64,000 bases of DNA from Candidatus Hodarchaeota archaeon. GTDB lineage: Archaea; Asgardarchaeota; Lokiarchaeia; Sigyniarchaeales; SOKP01. This document shows, piece after piece, positions 30,928 to 41,655 of this stretch. The stretch spans positions 128,001 to 192,000 of the forward strand of contig JBHLJY010000005.1 in assembly GCA_048887225.1 (NCBI GenBank), in the 5' to 3' direction. The notes below the pieces were generated by a model that was not told the DNA's origin, searched no databases, and saw nothing but the letters and a program-made list of their open reading frames with translations. The position numbers were made by a program, and so were the translations under genes. Positions within the stretch are counted from its first letter, which is position 1; each line of letters starts with the position of its first letter.

Positions 30928-33645
30928 ATGGTCGCTTCAAAACCTCTAACAATGAATTTACATAAAATTGGTCGAAAAGATTTTAGTAAGACTGGGAATA
31001 AGGCAGCTAATCTTGGAGAATTAATTCAAAATGGTTTTCTGGTTCCTGAAGGTTTTGTTGTCACAACTGAGGCCTATTCGATTTTTCTTAAACATAATAA
31101 TCTCAATGAATTGATTAAAAGTAATTTAGATAAGATTGATTATACTAATTATGAATCAATTCATTATAACGCCAAAGAAATTCAGGACGCAATCAAAAAA
31201 GGTAATTTCACTGCGGAATTACTTGAAGAAATCAAAAAGAAACATGATAAGTTATATCTTAATAATATAGCAGTGAGATCATCAGCAACTGCAGAAGATT
31301 TATTGACAGCTTCTTTTGCTGGGCAATATGATACTTTTCTCAATTTAAAAACTCTTAGTCAAGTAATTCAAAACATTAAAAATTGTTATGCATCTATCTG
31401 GACAAGTAGAGCGATCATATACCGGCATAAAAACAACATACCCCATATGGATGTTAAATTAGCTGTTATAGTACAAAAAATGATTCCGGCAAAATGCTCA
31501 GGTGTAATATTTACAATAAATCCAGTTTCAATAAAAAAAAACGAATTAGTAATCGAGTCTAATTATGGATTGGGTGAATCTATAGTATCTGGACAATGTT
31601 GTCCTGATCAATTCATGGTTAAGAAAAAGAGTCATCATGGAAAACAAGTATTTAAAATTCTTGATAAGCAAATAGGGAATAAAAAAATTGCTGTTTATCC
31701 AAAATCTTTAGAAAAAGAGAGTGGAACTACCCTTATTGAACTCTCTGAGCAAGAAAGCATGCAACCTTCGCTTGCTAATCAACAAATAATCAAGCTTTCG
31801 CAAATTGGTACTCAAGTAGAAAAATACTTTAAATATCCTCAAGATATTGAATGGGCTATTGATCAAGATAATAAAATCTATATCCTCCAAGCTAGACCAA
31901 TTACCTCGTTAGAAGCTATTATTCCTGAAGAAGGTATTTATTGGACTAGGGGGTATTCTGATGATTATTGGAATGATCCAGTTACACCTTTATTTTTCGA
32001 TATCCTAGGAGACCCATTAACGAAAGTTGTAAACATTGAACTTAATAGCATCATGGGATATAAACACATGCATAAAAAATTGTTGAAACTATATAATGGG
32101 CATGTTTACTTTAACTTAGATGTTTTAAAAAGAAAAGTAGAAAACGAAATTCCCAAATTCATGCGTAGCGAGGATCTTTTAAATTATTTTCCAAACGGTT
32201 TTGGACCATATGGGAAAGAAACTATGAAGAATCTACCTTTCCATCTTATTAAACGAATTGTCGCAGAATTGCGAGTAAAACTCTTTGATCCAGATGGTTC
32301 AATAAATAAGACTGCAGAGAGATATTATGATTGGTCTTTAAAAGAGCTTTCACCATATTGGTATAACTTTGATTCTCAATTAGAAAACCTCTCTGGGACT
32401 GAAAATTTAGAAGCTCTTATTAATTTGGCAGAAGATTTAGATTATATAATGATTCAACATTTTCGTCTTATTCGCTACGGTATACCCGTCCATAATATAG
32501 GTATGAATTTAATGGTTCAATATTTACTTACACGATTTATAGGGAAAAAATTATCTTCGCGACTTTATCCTGTTTTAATCTCGGGGTTAGATCACAAATT
32601 AACCGAAACAAATGATGAAATTCATTATTTAGCATCAATTATTCAAGAATATCCCGATGTTAAGTCATTAATTCTAGAATACGATTCAGAAAGGCTATAT
32701 GAATATATATCTTCTGAAAGGAGTCCAAATATTCAGGTCTTTTTTAAAGAATTTGAAAAATTCTTAAAAAAATATGGAGATCGTGGATTCACACGAGAAA
32801 TTTATTATCCAAGGTGGAGTGAGTCCCCAAATTATGTTTTTGATATTCTCAAAACGCTTGTTGTTGGTATTGAAGAAAAAATTAATTTTAAAAAATTAAA
32901 ATCCAAAAACATAAGATACAGAGATAATATTGAAAGATATATAGAATCTAAAATCAGATCACAGCGATTTGGATTAATAAAATGGAAATTATTTTCAAAA
33001 ATTTTAGAATATAGCCGTAAATATATTATTTTTCGAGAAGATCAAAGATATAATCTTGATCGCTGGATTGTTAGAAATAGAAGAGTTTTTTTAGAAATTG
33101 GCAGATTTTTAATGTCTAAAGGAATATTAAAAGATTCAATGGACATTTTCTTTTTACACAAAAAAGAAATTAATAAAATAGCACTTGAAAAGTTGGATCT
33201 TGATATTTCTTCTTTAATTAAAAAACGAAAAGATGAATTTTTTAAATATGAATATACAGTTCCACCAAAATTCATATATGGATCGCGCGAATTCGATGAT
33301 ATTTTTGAATTTACTCAAGAGAGTACTTCATTTCAAGGGATTCCTGCTAGTCACGGAATCTTTACCGCAAAAGTTCGCGTACTTCATAAAATTGATGAAA
33401 TCACAACTGTACAAGCAGGAGAAATCCTGGTTGTTCCTAAAACGGACCCTGGATGGACACCTGTTTTTTCAAAAATAAAGGGCTTAATCACAGAAACGGG
33501 GGGAATTCTTTCACATGGTGCAGTCGTCTCACGCGAATACGGTATACCTTCGGTTACAAATATTCCTAATGCTTGTAAAATCTTTAAAACGGGTCAAAAT
33601 ATAACAATTAATGGTTATACAGGTTCTATTATAATAAAAAATTAA
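30928..33645 (+). CDS. PEP-utilizing phosphotransferase with rifampin phosphotransferase-like architecture
   Basis: GNKAANL, VRSSATAED..ASFAGQ, QDIEWA, LQARPIT; central helical domain; TDPGWT, GGILSHGAVVSREYGIP swivel His domain. Confidence 0.85.
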   Translation: MVASKPLTMNLHKIGRKDFSKTGNKAANLGELIQNGFLVPEGFVVTTEAYSIFLKHNNLNELIKSNLDKIDYTNYESIHYNAKEIQDAIKKGNFTAELLEEIKKKHDKLYLNNIAVRSSATAEDLLTASFAGQYDTFLNLKTLSQVIQNIKNCYASIWTSRAIIYRHKNNIPHMDVKLAVIVQKMIPAKCSGVIFTINPVSIKKNELVIESNYGLGESIVSGQCCPDQFMVKKKSHHGKQVFKILDKQIGNKKIAVYPKSLEKESGTTLIELSEQESMQPSLANQQIIKLSQIGTQVEKYFKYPQDIEWAIDQDNKIYILQARPITSLEAIIPEEGIYWTRGYSDDYWNDPVTPLFFDILGDPLTKVVNIELNSIMGYKHMHKKLLKLYNGHVYFNLDVLKRKVENEIPKFMRSEDLLNYFPNGFGPYGKETMKNLPFHLIKRIVAELRVKLFDPDGSINKTAERYYDWSLKELSPYWYNFDSQLENLSGTENLEALINLAEDLDYIMIQHFRLIRYGIPVHNIGMNLMVQYLLTRFIGKKLSSRLYPVLISGLDHKLTETNDEIHYLASIIQEYPDVKSLILEYDSERLYEYISSERSPNIQVFFKEFEKFLKKYGDRGFTREIYYPRWSESPNYVFDILKTLVVGIEEKINFKKLKSKNIRYRDNIERYIESKIRSQRFGLIKWKLFSKILEYSRKYIIFREDQRYNLDRWIVRNRRVFLEIGRFLMSKGILKDSMDIFFLHKKEINKIALEKLDLDISSLIKKRKDEFFKYEYTVPPKFIYGSREFDDIFEFTQESTSFQGIPASHGIFTAKVRVLHKIDEITTVQAGEILVVPKTDPGWTPVFSKIKGLITETGGILSHGAVVSREYGIPSVTNIPNACKIFKTGQNITINGYTGSIIIKN

Positions 33646-33684
33646 AAATGAATTGGAAAATTCAAAAAAATTTTGTAAAAAGAT

Positions 33685-34680
33685 ATGGAGCCAATTACAC
33701 ATCCAGTTATCTCAGATAATCCCGAATGGAATGAATCTTATTATTTTGCTTTTTTTAATAAGAAGCATAATTTAGGGGGCGTGTCGCGAATAGGATTCAA
33801 GCCTAACAAGCAAGAAGGAATGACTTTTTTTTTTTTATTCTTACCTGATAGTTCAGCTGCTATATACCATCAAGTTGAAGAAATTAAAGAATATTTGGAT
33901 TTACCTCCTGTAGGTGGTATGGCTCATAATTGGCAATCGGATGGAAAATGGTATTATAAATTTAGAGGTAAGATGATTTTCTTGAAAAATCCAGAAGATT
34001 TACCCAAAATTCGTGAACAGCCAAAATTAGCTTTATTGTTTAAAATAATTCGCAAGAAATTATCCAAAAAACTAGTTAAAATGAATCTTGCCTTTAATCC
34101 AGTCAATGATGTTTATGAATATAGCGAGTTCATGACACCTGAATCCTTAAAACTTGGAAAAAAAGCAGGTGATAAGCATTGGGAGCAGATTGCTATTATA
34201 TCGGGTGAAATTCAAGTGGGTAAAAAAAAATATTTAATTAGTAATACAATTGGCCAAAGAGACCACACCTATGGAATCCGAGATTGGACAGGCGTAGGTA
34301 ATTGGTTATATTATGTAATCTGGTTTAATAAGAATTTAGCAATAAATCCAGCTGCCATTGTTGGAGATGATGGAAGTCTATCCACTGGTGGATTTCTATT
34401 CAAAAATGGAAAAAATATACCCTTAAAAACCATCCGTATTATTGATCAACAATTTCGCGAAAATGGCGTTCTTCCTGTTAGCTCAAAACTAGAAATAATA
34501 GATTTCCAAGAAGAAAAACATATTCTTAAAGCAAAGGTTGGACCAATAATTCCAGTTAAATTCGTCGATGACGATGGAAATATATCAATACTAGTTCAAT
34601 CATTTGGTAATTTCGAATTAAATGGAAAAACCGGCGGGTATGGAACTTTTGAAACGCTACGCAAAGTTAGAAATAGATAA
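33685..34680 (+). CDS. Conserved hypothetical protein (hydroxyneurosporene synthase/lipocalin-like pattern)
   Basis: WNESYYF, H.EQ, GQRDHTYGIRDW. Confidence 0.5.
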   Translation: MEPITHPVISDNPEWNESYYFAFFNKKHNLGGVSRIGFKPNKQEGMTFFFLFLPDSSAAIYHQVEEIKEYLDLPPVGGMAHNWQSDGKWYYKFRGKMIFLKNPEDLPKIREQPKLALLFKIIRKKLSKKLVKMNLAFNPVNDVYEYSEFMTPESLKLGKKAGDKHWEQIAIISGEIQVGKKKYLISNTIGQRDHTYGIRDWTGVGNWLYYVIWFNKNLAINPAAIVGDDGSLSTGGFLFKNGKNIPLKTIRIIDQQFRENGVLPVSSKLEIIDFQEEKHILKAKVGPIIPVKFVDDDGNISILVQSFGNFELNGKTGGYGTFETLRKVRNR

Positions 34681-34864
34681 TTTATAGAAATAAGAGAAAT
34701 TTTTTTTTTGGATTTGAATAATTAAAATTATAGAATGTATTTTTGATTAAGAAACTTAAAATTAAATATACCTAATTGTTTATTATTAAATTAAGTTAAA
34801 ATTAAATATGTTTAATTTTATATTATAATACGAACAGAAATTAAAGAGAGAGGAAAATCGAAAG

Positions 34865-35263
34865 ATGGTTTCACGACTCGAGATGGTCTTAAAAGAACTG
34901 AATGAGAATGGTAGCTTTAGAGCTTCAATTTTCTCAACTTCAGCTGGTCTTGTACTAGCATCTCAAAAGGCTGAAGATGTTGATGAAAGAGTGGTTGCAG
35001 CAATGGGTTCGCTTCTAAGTGACGCAGCATTAAAGGCCGGGGAGGAGATGAACCTAAGCGAAGCAGAAGTTATGAAAATTTTCTATAAGAGTGATTATAT
35101 CATTTGTAGAAATATACTCATGACTGATAATAAAACACAATTTTTATTAGCAGTACTTACAAAGCGACCTGAAAGTGACAATGTTGAGAAATACATAGAC
35201 CAATTATTGGATTGGGCTGAAGAGAACTCCAAAGCTGATTTGGAGAAACTCTCTAGTATTTAA
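34865..35263 (+). CDS. Roadblock/LC7 domain protein
   Basis: STSAGLVLAS, VAAMGS; 132 aa; GAGG SD. Confidence 0.8.
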   Translation: MVSRLEMVLKELNENGSFRASIFSTSAGLVLASQKAEDVDERVVAAMGSLLSDAALKAGEEMNLSEAEVMKIFYKSDYIICRNILMTDNKTQFLLAVLTKRPESDNVEKYIDQLLDWAEENSKADLEKLSSI

Positions 35264-35374
35264 TCTTTTGACTTTTTTATTCTAAGTTTTTGCTTTTTGG
35301 AATTTATAAATTAAATAAACTGAAAGGTATAAAAGCAAAACAAATCAGATTGGAAAATTTTTATTAAAAATTGA

Positions 35375-36010
35375 TTAAAATCTTGAACTGTAAAAATGAA
35401 CTACTTCAGCTGCAACCTGGTCTTCATATCCCCCATAAAAATGATCAGCTCCCTTAACTATTTTATATTCTTTAGGATCCTGATAGGTCTTATAGTGGGC
35501 TTCGAATCTATCGTAACGAGCAATATCATCTCTATCTCCTTGTAAAAACAGCTTAGGTTTGTCAGTTTGAGAAAGTTTTTGATATTTCGAACCCACGAAA
35601 TCCCATGGAAATGAAATTGCTGCAAATCCAATGATTTTTTCAGAATAATTTATGGCAGAACATCCTATTGCTGCCCCATATGAATATCCGCAAATAAAAA
35701 TTTTCTTATTATCTTTTTTATTAATTAAAAAATCAATGCAAGCTTTCACATCGCTTAGTTCTCCCCTTCCACTTGTGTGTTCTCCGCTTGATCTTCCAAC
35801 AGCTCGAAAGTTGAATCTTAAACATGAGATATCTTTTTTAATTAATTCGCAAAAAACTCCAGAAACGACATTGTTCAACATATTGCCACCGAATTGAGGG
35901 TGAGGGTGACAAATTAAAACTGCTGAGGTTTTATCAGAATTAGATTGAAAATATTCGGCTTCAAGTTTGATGCCATTATTTTCAATAAAAAATTTCTCAG
36001 TTTCTACCAT
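35375..36010 (-). CDS. Alpha/beta hydrolase
   Basis: HPHPQFGGNM.N, RFNFRAVG.S, GYSYG, GADHF. Confidence 0.9.
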   Translation of the reverse strand: MVETEKFFIENNGIKLEAEYFQSNSDKTSAVLICHPHPQFGGNMLNNVVSGVFCELIKKDISCLRFNFRAVGRSSGEHTSGRGELSDVKACIDFLINKKDNKKIFICGYSYGAAIGCSAINYSEKIIGFAAISFPWDFVGSKYQKLSQTDKPKLFLQGDRDDIARYDRFEAHYKTYQDPKEYKIVKGADHFYGGYEDQVAAEVVHFYSSRF

Positions 36011-36208
36011 AATTCATTAAAAACTACCTAATTAAAAATTTTAATGCTTTAATTCAATATCACAAATGAAAGATTATTTACATTTTTTAAGAGCAACCAA
36101 AAAAAGAATAAAGTAATAAAATTTAAATGGTAATATGTTATATTTTAGAAATTAGGTGAAGTAATTAAAATACAATTTTGTAAAATTATTGAGGAGCGAT
36201 AGAAAATT

Positions 36209-36670
36209 ATGTATTCAAGAGTGGAAGATATGCCTTCTGAGAACGGAAAAAAGGTTAATCAGTTATCGAAACAAATTCTTGCATTACAAACACAAATTCA
36301 AACTCTTAAAATTCTACTTAATGATAAAGATTATATAATAAGCCAATTAAAAGAGGAGAACTCACAATTAAAAGATCAAATTCATACAATCCAACAACAA
36401 GCAAATATAGTACAACCCCCTAATCAGTATATAAACCCACTAAAACCCACTAATCAATATATAAATCCATTAAAACCCCCTAATCAATATATAAACCCAA
36501 CAATAACTGCCAATACAGGAACAAATACTATTAAAAGAAAGTGTCCTATTTGTGGGGCTATGGGATTTGCTATTAAAGAATTCGATGATAAAAGCCGGAT
36601 TATTAGTTACATTCCAAGAATTATTTATGCACGAAAGAGAGTCTGTACTAAATGTAAGCATGAATTTTAA
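36209..36670 (+). CDS. Hypothetical protein: coiled coil, 10-aa repeats, C-terminal Zn-ribbon
   Basis: Heptad region, three PxNQYINP repeats, CPICG..CTKC. Confidence 0.7.
   Translation: MYSRVEDMPSENGKKVNQLSKQILALQTQIQTLKILLNDKDYIISQLKEENSQLKDQIHTIQQQANIVQPPNQYINPLKPTNQYINPLKPPNQYINPTITANTGTNTIKRKCPICGAMGFAIKEFDDKSRIISYIPRIIYARKRVCTKCKHEF
36414..36499 (+). repeat. 30-bp coding tandem repeat, about 2.9 copies
   Basis: AACCCCCTAATCAGTATATAAACCCACTAA and variants. Confidence 0.9.
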
Positions 36671-36901
36671 ATTATAGCACTTACATATACGCTTTTAAGC
36701 AATTTTTCTTTTTAGAAGATAAAAAGTATACTTTACTATGAGCAAGGGAACTTTCGACCTCTCTACTAAAATATTTTTAATACGTTTCAGAAATGATTAA
36801 GTTTCGTATTATAATTTAATTAAAATTTATATACGAAAGTAAAAAAATCATGATTCTTTCAAACTTATTAAACCTTAATACTATAAAGAATTCAATAAAA
36901 T

Positions 36902-37756
36902 ATGAGTTATAATAATATCATAATTGAGCGGAAATTAAGGGAATTTTTAGAAGAGGATTGCGCATTTCAGGACGTGACTTCTAATTTTATAGCTGAAGAA
37001 AACCAGAAATCTGCTAAAATTATTGCAAAAAGTAAAGGTTTCATTTCTGGGCTTGCAGAATTGAAAATTTTATATGATATATTGAAAGTTAAGACTAATT
37101 TTTTAAAAAAAGATGGTGAAGAAGTCAAAAAAGGAGATATTATTGTTGAATTAAAAGGTAATACAAGATATATTTTACTTGGAGAGAGAGTTGGCCTTAA
37201 TCTTATAACTCATATGAGTGCAATAACTTCAACAACCCGAAAATACATCAATATTATTAAAGATACCGGAAAAAATGTTAAAATAGCATGTACTCGAAAG
37301 ACTTTACCGGGGCTACGAATTTTCCAAAAGAAAGCCGTTTCTTTAGGGGGAGGGGACCCTCATAGATTCTCATTGGATGATATGATCTTACTCAAAGACA
37401 CGCATTTAAGATCTTACAAGGGAGATATCGTAAATCTTTTAAAGGATGTAAAAAATCATGCAAGTTTTTCAAAAAAAATTGAGATTGAAATCGAAAAGGT
37501 TGAAGATGTCATAATGGCTGCTCAAAATGGTGCGGACATTATAATGTTGGATAATATGAGTCCTGATGAGGTAGAGGACGCCATAAATTTACTTAAGAAA
37601 AAGAACTTAAGGGAGAAGGTAGTTATTGAAGTTTCAGGGAGCGTTATTTTAGATAATATCGTAGATTATCTACTTTCGGAGCCAGACGTTATAAGTACCA
37701 GCGAATTAACACTACAACCCTCAGAACAAGTAGATTTATCTCTAAGGTTTGATTAG
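36902..37756 (+). CDS. nadC: Nicotinate-nucleotide diphosphorylase (quinolinate phosphoribosyltransferase)
   Basis: ED...DVT, ER..LN, TRKTLPGLR, HRFSLDDMILLKDTH, IMLDN, EVSG. Confidence 0.95.
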   Translation: MSYNNIIIERKLREFLEEDCAFQDVTSNFIAEENQKSAKIIAKSKGFISGLAELKILYDILKVKTNFLKKDGEEVKKGDIIVELKGNTRYILLGERVGLNLITHMSAITSTTRKYINIIKDTGKNVKIACTRKTLPGLRIFQKKAVSLGGGDPHRFSLDDMILLKDTHLRSYKGDIVNLLKDVKNHASFSKKIEIEIEKVEDVIMAAQNGADIIMLDNMSPDEVEDAINLLKKKNLREKVVIEVSGSVILDNIVDYLLSEPDVISTSELTLQPSEQVDLSLRFD

Positions 37757-37758
37757 AA

Positions 37759-38151
37759 TTACTCAATGACTACTTCATGGATTGAACAGAGAAGATCTTT
37801 TATTTTAGCTATCGAATTTTTTAAATCCTTTATAAGACCAAATTCTCCTACAGCTAATATAATTTCAATTTTCTTATCTAAGATGCGCCAATCTGTCACA
37901 GTTTTTATTATTTGATTAAACTGATTGTAAATTTCAGATATTTCATCGATAATCACTTCTTTGAAAGGATAGACCAAGCTAATGGTCATTATTTTGTATC
38001 CTTCCATATTTTCGAATTTTTCTTGATTTTCAATGAAGCCCACTATAGCATCTCTTAAAGCTTCGCTTTTAGAGTTAAAACCGCTTAAAATCCGGATTTT
38101 TTCAAATCTTTCTAATAAATTATCATTAATTTGTAATGATATTATCGGCAT
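37759..38151 (-). CDS. CopG/NikR-like ribbon-helix-helix regulator
   Basis: MPIISLQI..LL..F, GF.SKSEALRDAI, ACT-like C-terminus. Confidence 0.8.
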   Translation of the reverse strand: MPIISLQINDNLLERFEKIRILSGFNSKSEALRDAIVGFIENQEKFENMEGYKIMTISLVYPFKEVIIDEISEIYNQFNQIIKTVTDWRILDKKIEIILAVGEFGLIKDLKNSIAKIKDLLCSIHEVVIE

Positions 38152-38206
38152 TATAAACTCATTAAAGAAAGGTATATAAATAAGTTTTATTTGAATAAAA
38201 TCTTGG

Positions 38207-39244
38207 TTAATCTCTAGGTAATCTATCGTTTACAGCTAGAAGTGGTTTGAATTTTTTATGAGGTTCATTCTGATACCAGTAGGCAGTTGAGGACCAATCA
38301 TCAGATCGTTGATTAGCATGACCATGTTCTATTTTAACTTTAAGGTTTTTGTGAAAAAAGATAGGATCTTCAATATGATATCTATAATAGGATATTTTAC
38401 CACTCCAATTTTTACGTCCTGGTAATGTTATACCAAAATAAGGAGAACAATAATATTTTGCAGGAGCCCACGCAGTACAAAAATAATCTTCCGTACCTGT
38501 TCCGTATAAAATAATTTCTCCATCATCTATTTCAATATAATCATCTCCCTCACCTGGCCAATTCTGCTTTTTTGTCTCGTATAAGTTATGAATATCTAAA
38601 TGACAGCCAACATAATGACCTTCTCCTTCTGCCTCTAAAATTAAATAATCATTTTCGTGATTTAGATTCTTTTTAAACCATTTAGAGACTTTTTTAATTT
38701 TTTGATAATCACTACCTTTACATGGATTTTCTCGATTCCAGGTAGCGTGAAATCTCCCATAGCTTGAATCTAATTTTAGATATTCTTCATAATCTACATA
38801 ATAATAACATATTAAATTAACATCTGTTTCATTTTCTACCTCAATTCTTGCTCTTTCTGAAAATGGCATTGGAAAAAAGCAATTAAAGCCTTTACCGTCG
38901 CGAGGACTCATGGATAGGGGTAAACTCCAAAAATTTACTGTTTTTGCATGCCCTATACCAAAAAAATCGCCAATTGGGCACTCAACAGATGGATCTTTTT
39001 CTTTATCCCACCATATACGAATGATTATTTTTCTCAAATAATTTGGATCTTGAGATAATAGAGTCATCCAAATATGTTTTATACATCCAGCAACACTAAT
39101 ATTGCATATTGCATATTTCTCTTTTGGACCTATTTGGCTAAAATCATTATTAGCTCCTGTTTTATCATAACTTGAAATTCGTTTTCTTTTAATGTCCTTT
39201 CTTATTCTTGCCAAATTTGTTAAAGAATGGTGTCCAATATTCAT
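38207..39244 (-). CDS. DUF2961 / GH172 family glycoside hydrolase
   Basis: SSYD.TGANND, PSVECPIGDFFG, FPMPF, GEGD, GTGTEDYF, EHGHAN, SSTAYWYQ. Confidence 0.88.
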   Translation of the reverse strand: MNIGHHSLTNLARIRKDIKRKRISSYDKTGANNDFSQIGPKEKYAICNISVAGCIKHIWMTLLSQDPNYLRKIIIRIWWDKEKDPSVECPIGDFFGIGHAKTVNFWSLPLSMSPRDGKGFNCFFPMPFSERARIEVENETDVNLICYYYVDYEEYLKLDSSYGRFHATWNRENPCKGSDYQKIKKVSKWFKKNLNHENDYLILEAEGEGHYVGCHLDIHNLYETKKQNWPGEGDDYIEIDDGEIILYGTGTEDYFCTAWAPAKYYCSPYFGITLPGRKNWSGKISYYRYHIEDPIFFHKNLKVKIEHGHANQRSDDWSSTAYWYQNEPHKKFKPLLAVNDRLPRD

Positions 39245-39393
39245 TTAAAATTACCTATTAATTATTTCTAAAATTTTATCTAAGCTAATTATAATAGTTG
39301 CTTATTAAAAAAATTGAAAACATTTAATTATTTTCATAAAGAGATATTATTAATTTATATTGTAATAGCATTCACAAATCAAACTGAATTTTT

Positions 39394-40758
39394 ATGGAAA
39401 AATCATCATCTATAAAACTTAGTAATAAGAAAAAAATTGGATACGCTTTAGGTGCGATTCCTAACGGATTATTAATCTATATTTTTGACCTTAAGTACAT
39501 TGAATTCTTCTTTAATGATTTAAAACTACTTCCACTTTACTTTATTGTTGGACAAATCATATATCTAGTCATAAATGCTTTCAACGACCCACTCTTAGGT
39601 CACCTTTCGGACAAAACGAATAGAGAAAAATGGGGTAATAGGAGAATTATTTACATAAAATACGGAGGACCTATTTGGGCCTTAGCATTTCTATTGGTAT
39701 GGTTTCCGTGGAGTCTTGATAATCAAATTATAATATTTATTCATTATGTAATAACAATATGTTTATTTGACATATTTTTTACTCTCGTCGTAACAGTATG
39801 GTTGGCATTATTACCAGAAATGACTTCAGATACAGATGAGCGAGGGAAAGTTCAATTTTTAGTATTGTTAATAGGAGCTTTTGCTGTATTGCCCGTGTTT
39901 CTAATAGTAGGAGATTTGAAACCGATTTCTACAACTTTTAAAATAATCGCTATTTTTATTGCAATTCTATCAACAATAGTGCAATTTATCGTAGTAAAGA
40001 CCTGTGAGGAGAGACCAGAATTTCAAAAAGATGAAGTTTTTTCATTAGGGAAATCAATAAAAGAATGCTTTAGATTAAAATCATTTAGACTCTATATTGG
40101 TTTCATATTTTTTGCTACTTTAATTGAAAGTGTCTTTTTTAGCTATTTATTTGCTTATCTATTCGTTTTCGGGGATAATGGTTTAATAATATTTTTTTTA
40201 TTATACATTATTGGAGTTTACAGTTCATATGTTGTTTGTTTGAAATTAAGACCAAAATGGGGAATTAGGACCATAATTCTAAGATTTGGGCTGCTGAAAA
40301 TAATAGGAACAACAGTAATTTTTATATTATGGCTAATAACATCATTAGAATCTTTAATCGTGCTTGGTTATGCTTGGTTAATGTTTTTTGGGGGATATAC
40401 TATATTTAATTTCCCTATGTTGCATTTATCCATAGACGAGGACGAGGTTATTCATAAGACGCGAAGAGATGGCATGTTTTTCGGCATTCAAGCTCTTTTT
40501 AACAAACCGGCGGTTAGTATTGGTCCCATTATTGCGACTATAATCTTAGTGTCGTTTGGTTATATACAGGGATCTGAGGTACAACCCGAGTCAGCTCTGT
40601 TTGGAATAATTTTATTGCTTCTTATATATCCCATAATAATGAGTGCTTCAAGTTTGATTTTTGTTTATTTTTATCCATTACACGGCGAGAAACTTAAAGA
40701 TATGAAAGAGAAATTAGAAGCATTACATAAAACGAAATTGGAAAAATCTCAACAGTAA
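39394..40758 (+). CDS. MFS transporter (glycoside-pentoside-hexuronide type)
   Basis: NAFNDPLLGHLSD, ALLPEMT, DEDE....RRDG.FFG; about 12 TM. Confidence 0.88.
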   Translation: MEKSSSIKLSNKKKIGYALGAIPNGLLIYIFDLKYIEFFFNDLKLLPLYFIVGQIIYLVINAFNDPLLGHLSDKTNREKWGNRRIIYIKYGGPIWALAFLLVWFPWSLDNQIIIFIHYVITICLFDIFFTLVVTVWLALLPEMTSDTDERGKVQFLVLLIGAFAVLPVFLIVGDLKPISTTFKIIAIFIAILSTIVQFIVVKTCEERPEFQKDEVFSLGKSIKECFRLKSFRLYIGFIFFATLIESVFFSYLFAYLFVFGDNGLIIFFLLYIIGVYSSYVVCLKLRPKWGIRTIILRFGLLKIIGTTVIFILWLITSLESLIVLGYAWLMFFGGYTIFNFPMLHLSIDEDEVIHKTRRDGMFFGIQALFNKPAVSIGPIIATIILVSFGYIQGSEVQPESALFGIILLLLIYPIIMSASSLIFVYFYPLHGEKLKDMKEKLEALHKTKLEKSQQ

Positions 40759-40801
40759 ATTATGAAAAAGTGAGAGAAAAATTTTTTTATTATCTTTCCT
40801 C

Positions 40802-41647
40802 TTATAGGAATTTTTTAACAAATTCTATGCTTTTTGGTAAATCTTTTGCCGAAGACAACTCAATTATTAGGCCACCATTATAGTCGTATTCATCTATTAT
40901 CTTAAATATTTCGTTAAAATTAACTTTTCCTGTTCCTAATCCAGGATGATTATCCTTATCCTTATCAGAATTATCAACCAAATGAATATTTTTGATGAGT
41001 TTATTGAATTTTTTCCAAAAAATTTTAACATCTACGTCACAAGTCCATGAATGGCTTGTATCCCAAGTTAAAAAAATGTCGTGCCGATTCAAGTTTGTGA
41101 AAAATCCTTCAATTTCAGGAATTCCTAAAAAGATATTAACATTTTTCGGCATATTCTCCAGACATACTTTTAAGGTCTTACTCTTAATGGAATCTAAAAA
41201 AAAGTTGATTGCTTCTAGTAATATTTGTTTATTATATATATAAAATGATTTGACGAGAAAATTTGCTGAGCCGGGATGAATTGTCAAAATTTTTGAATCA
41301 ATCTCTTTGCAGATTTTAGCCGATTCTATATATGATTCAACAGTTGCTTTAGATATGAATTTATTATGAGAACAAAGGCATAAATCGAGAAATGGTGCGT
41401 GAACTTGTTTTTTAATATGAGGGAACGAGTTACATAAATCGAAAAATTTTTGCTTTTTTTCAACCGTTGAAATTTCTGGAGGATCTAAAACAAGTTCACA
41501 TACATTAATATTGTTTTTCTCAGCGAATTTGAGACAGGATTCAGTAGCATCAAATAATAAGTTAAATAAACTTTTAAACTTCCCCGAAAGCCCTAAATCC
41601 ACGATATAACCGAGAGAACTTATCCCTAATTCCATTGATTTCAACAA
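40802..41647 (-). CDS. Sugar phosphate isomerase/epimerase (AP endonuclease 2 TIM barrel)
   Basis: VHAP, IHPG, LENM, DTSH, HLVDN, H..LG.G, IE. Confidence 0.85.
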   Translation of the reverse strand: MLKSMELGISSLGYIVDLGLSGKFKSLFNLLFDATESCLKFAEKNNINVCELVLDPPEISTVEKKQKFFDLCNSFPHIKKQVHAPFLDLCLCSHNKFISKATVESYIESAKICKEIDSKILTIHPGSANFLVKSFYIYNKQILLEAINFFLDSIKSKTLKVCLENMPKNVNIFLGIPEIEGFFTNLNRHDIFLTWDTSHSWTCDVDVKIFWKKFNKLIKNIHLVDNSDKDKDNHPGLGTGKVNFNEIFKIIDEYDYNGGLIIELSSAKDLPKSIEFVKKFL

Positions 41648-41655
41648 AGAGTAGT

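Noticed and set aside
34020-34080. Basic segment in the 33685 protein as a possible in-frame intron
   Set aside because: No convincing inner or outer helix.
36414-36499. CRISPR array
   Set aside because: Contiguous in-frame coding repeats with no spacers and no cas genes.
36738-36765. ATGA...AA...GA stretch as a SECIS element or sRNA
   Set aside because: The spacing is too short and no upstream gene has an in-frame TGA to recode.
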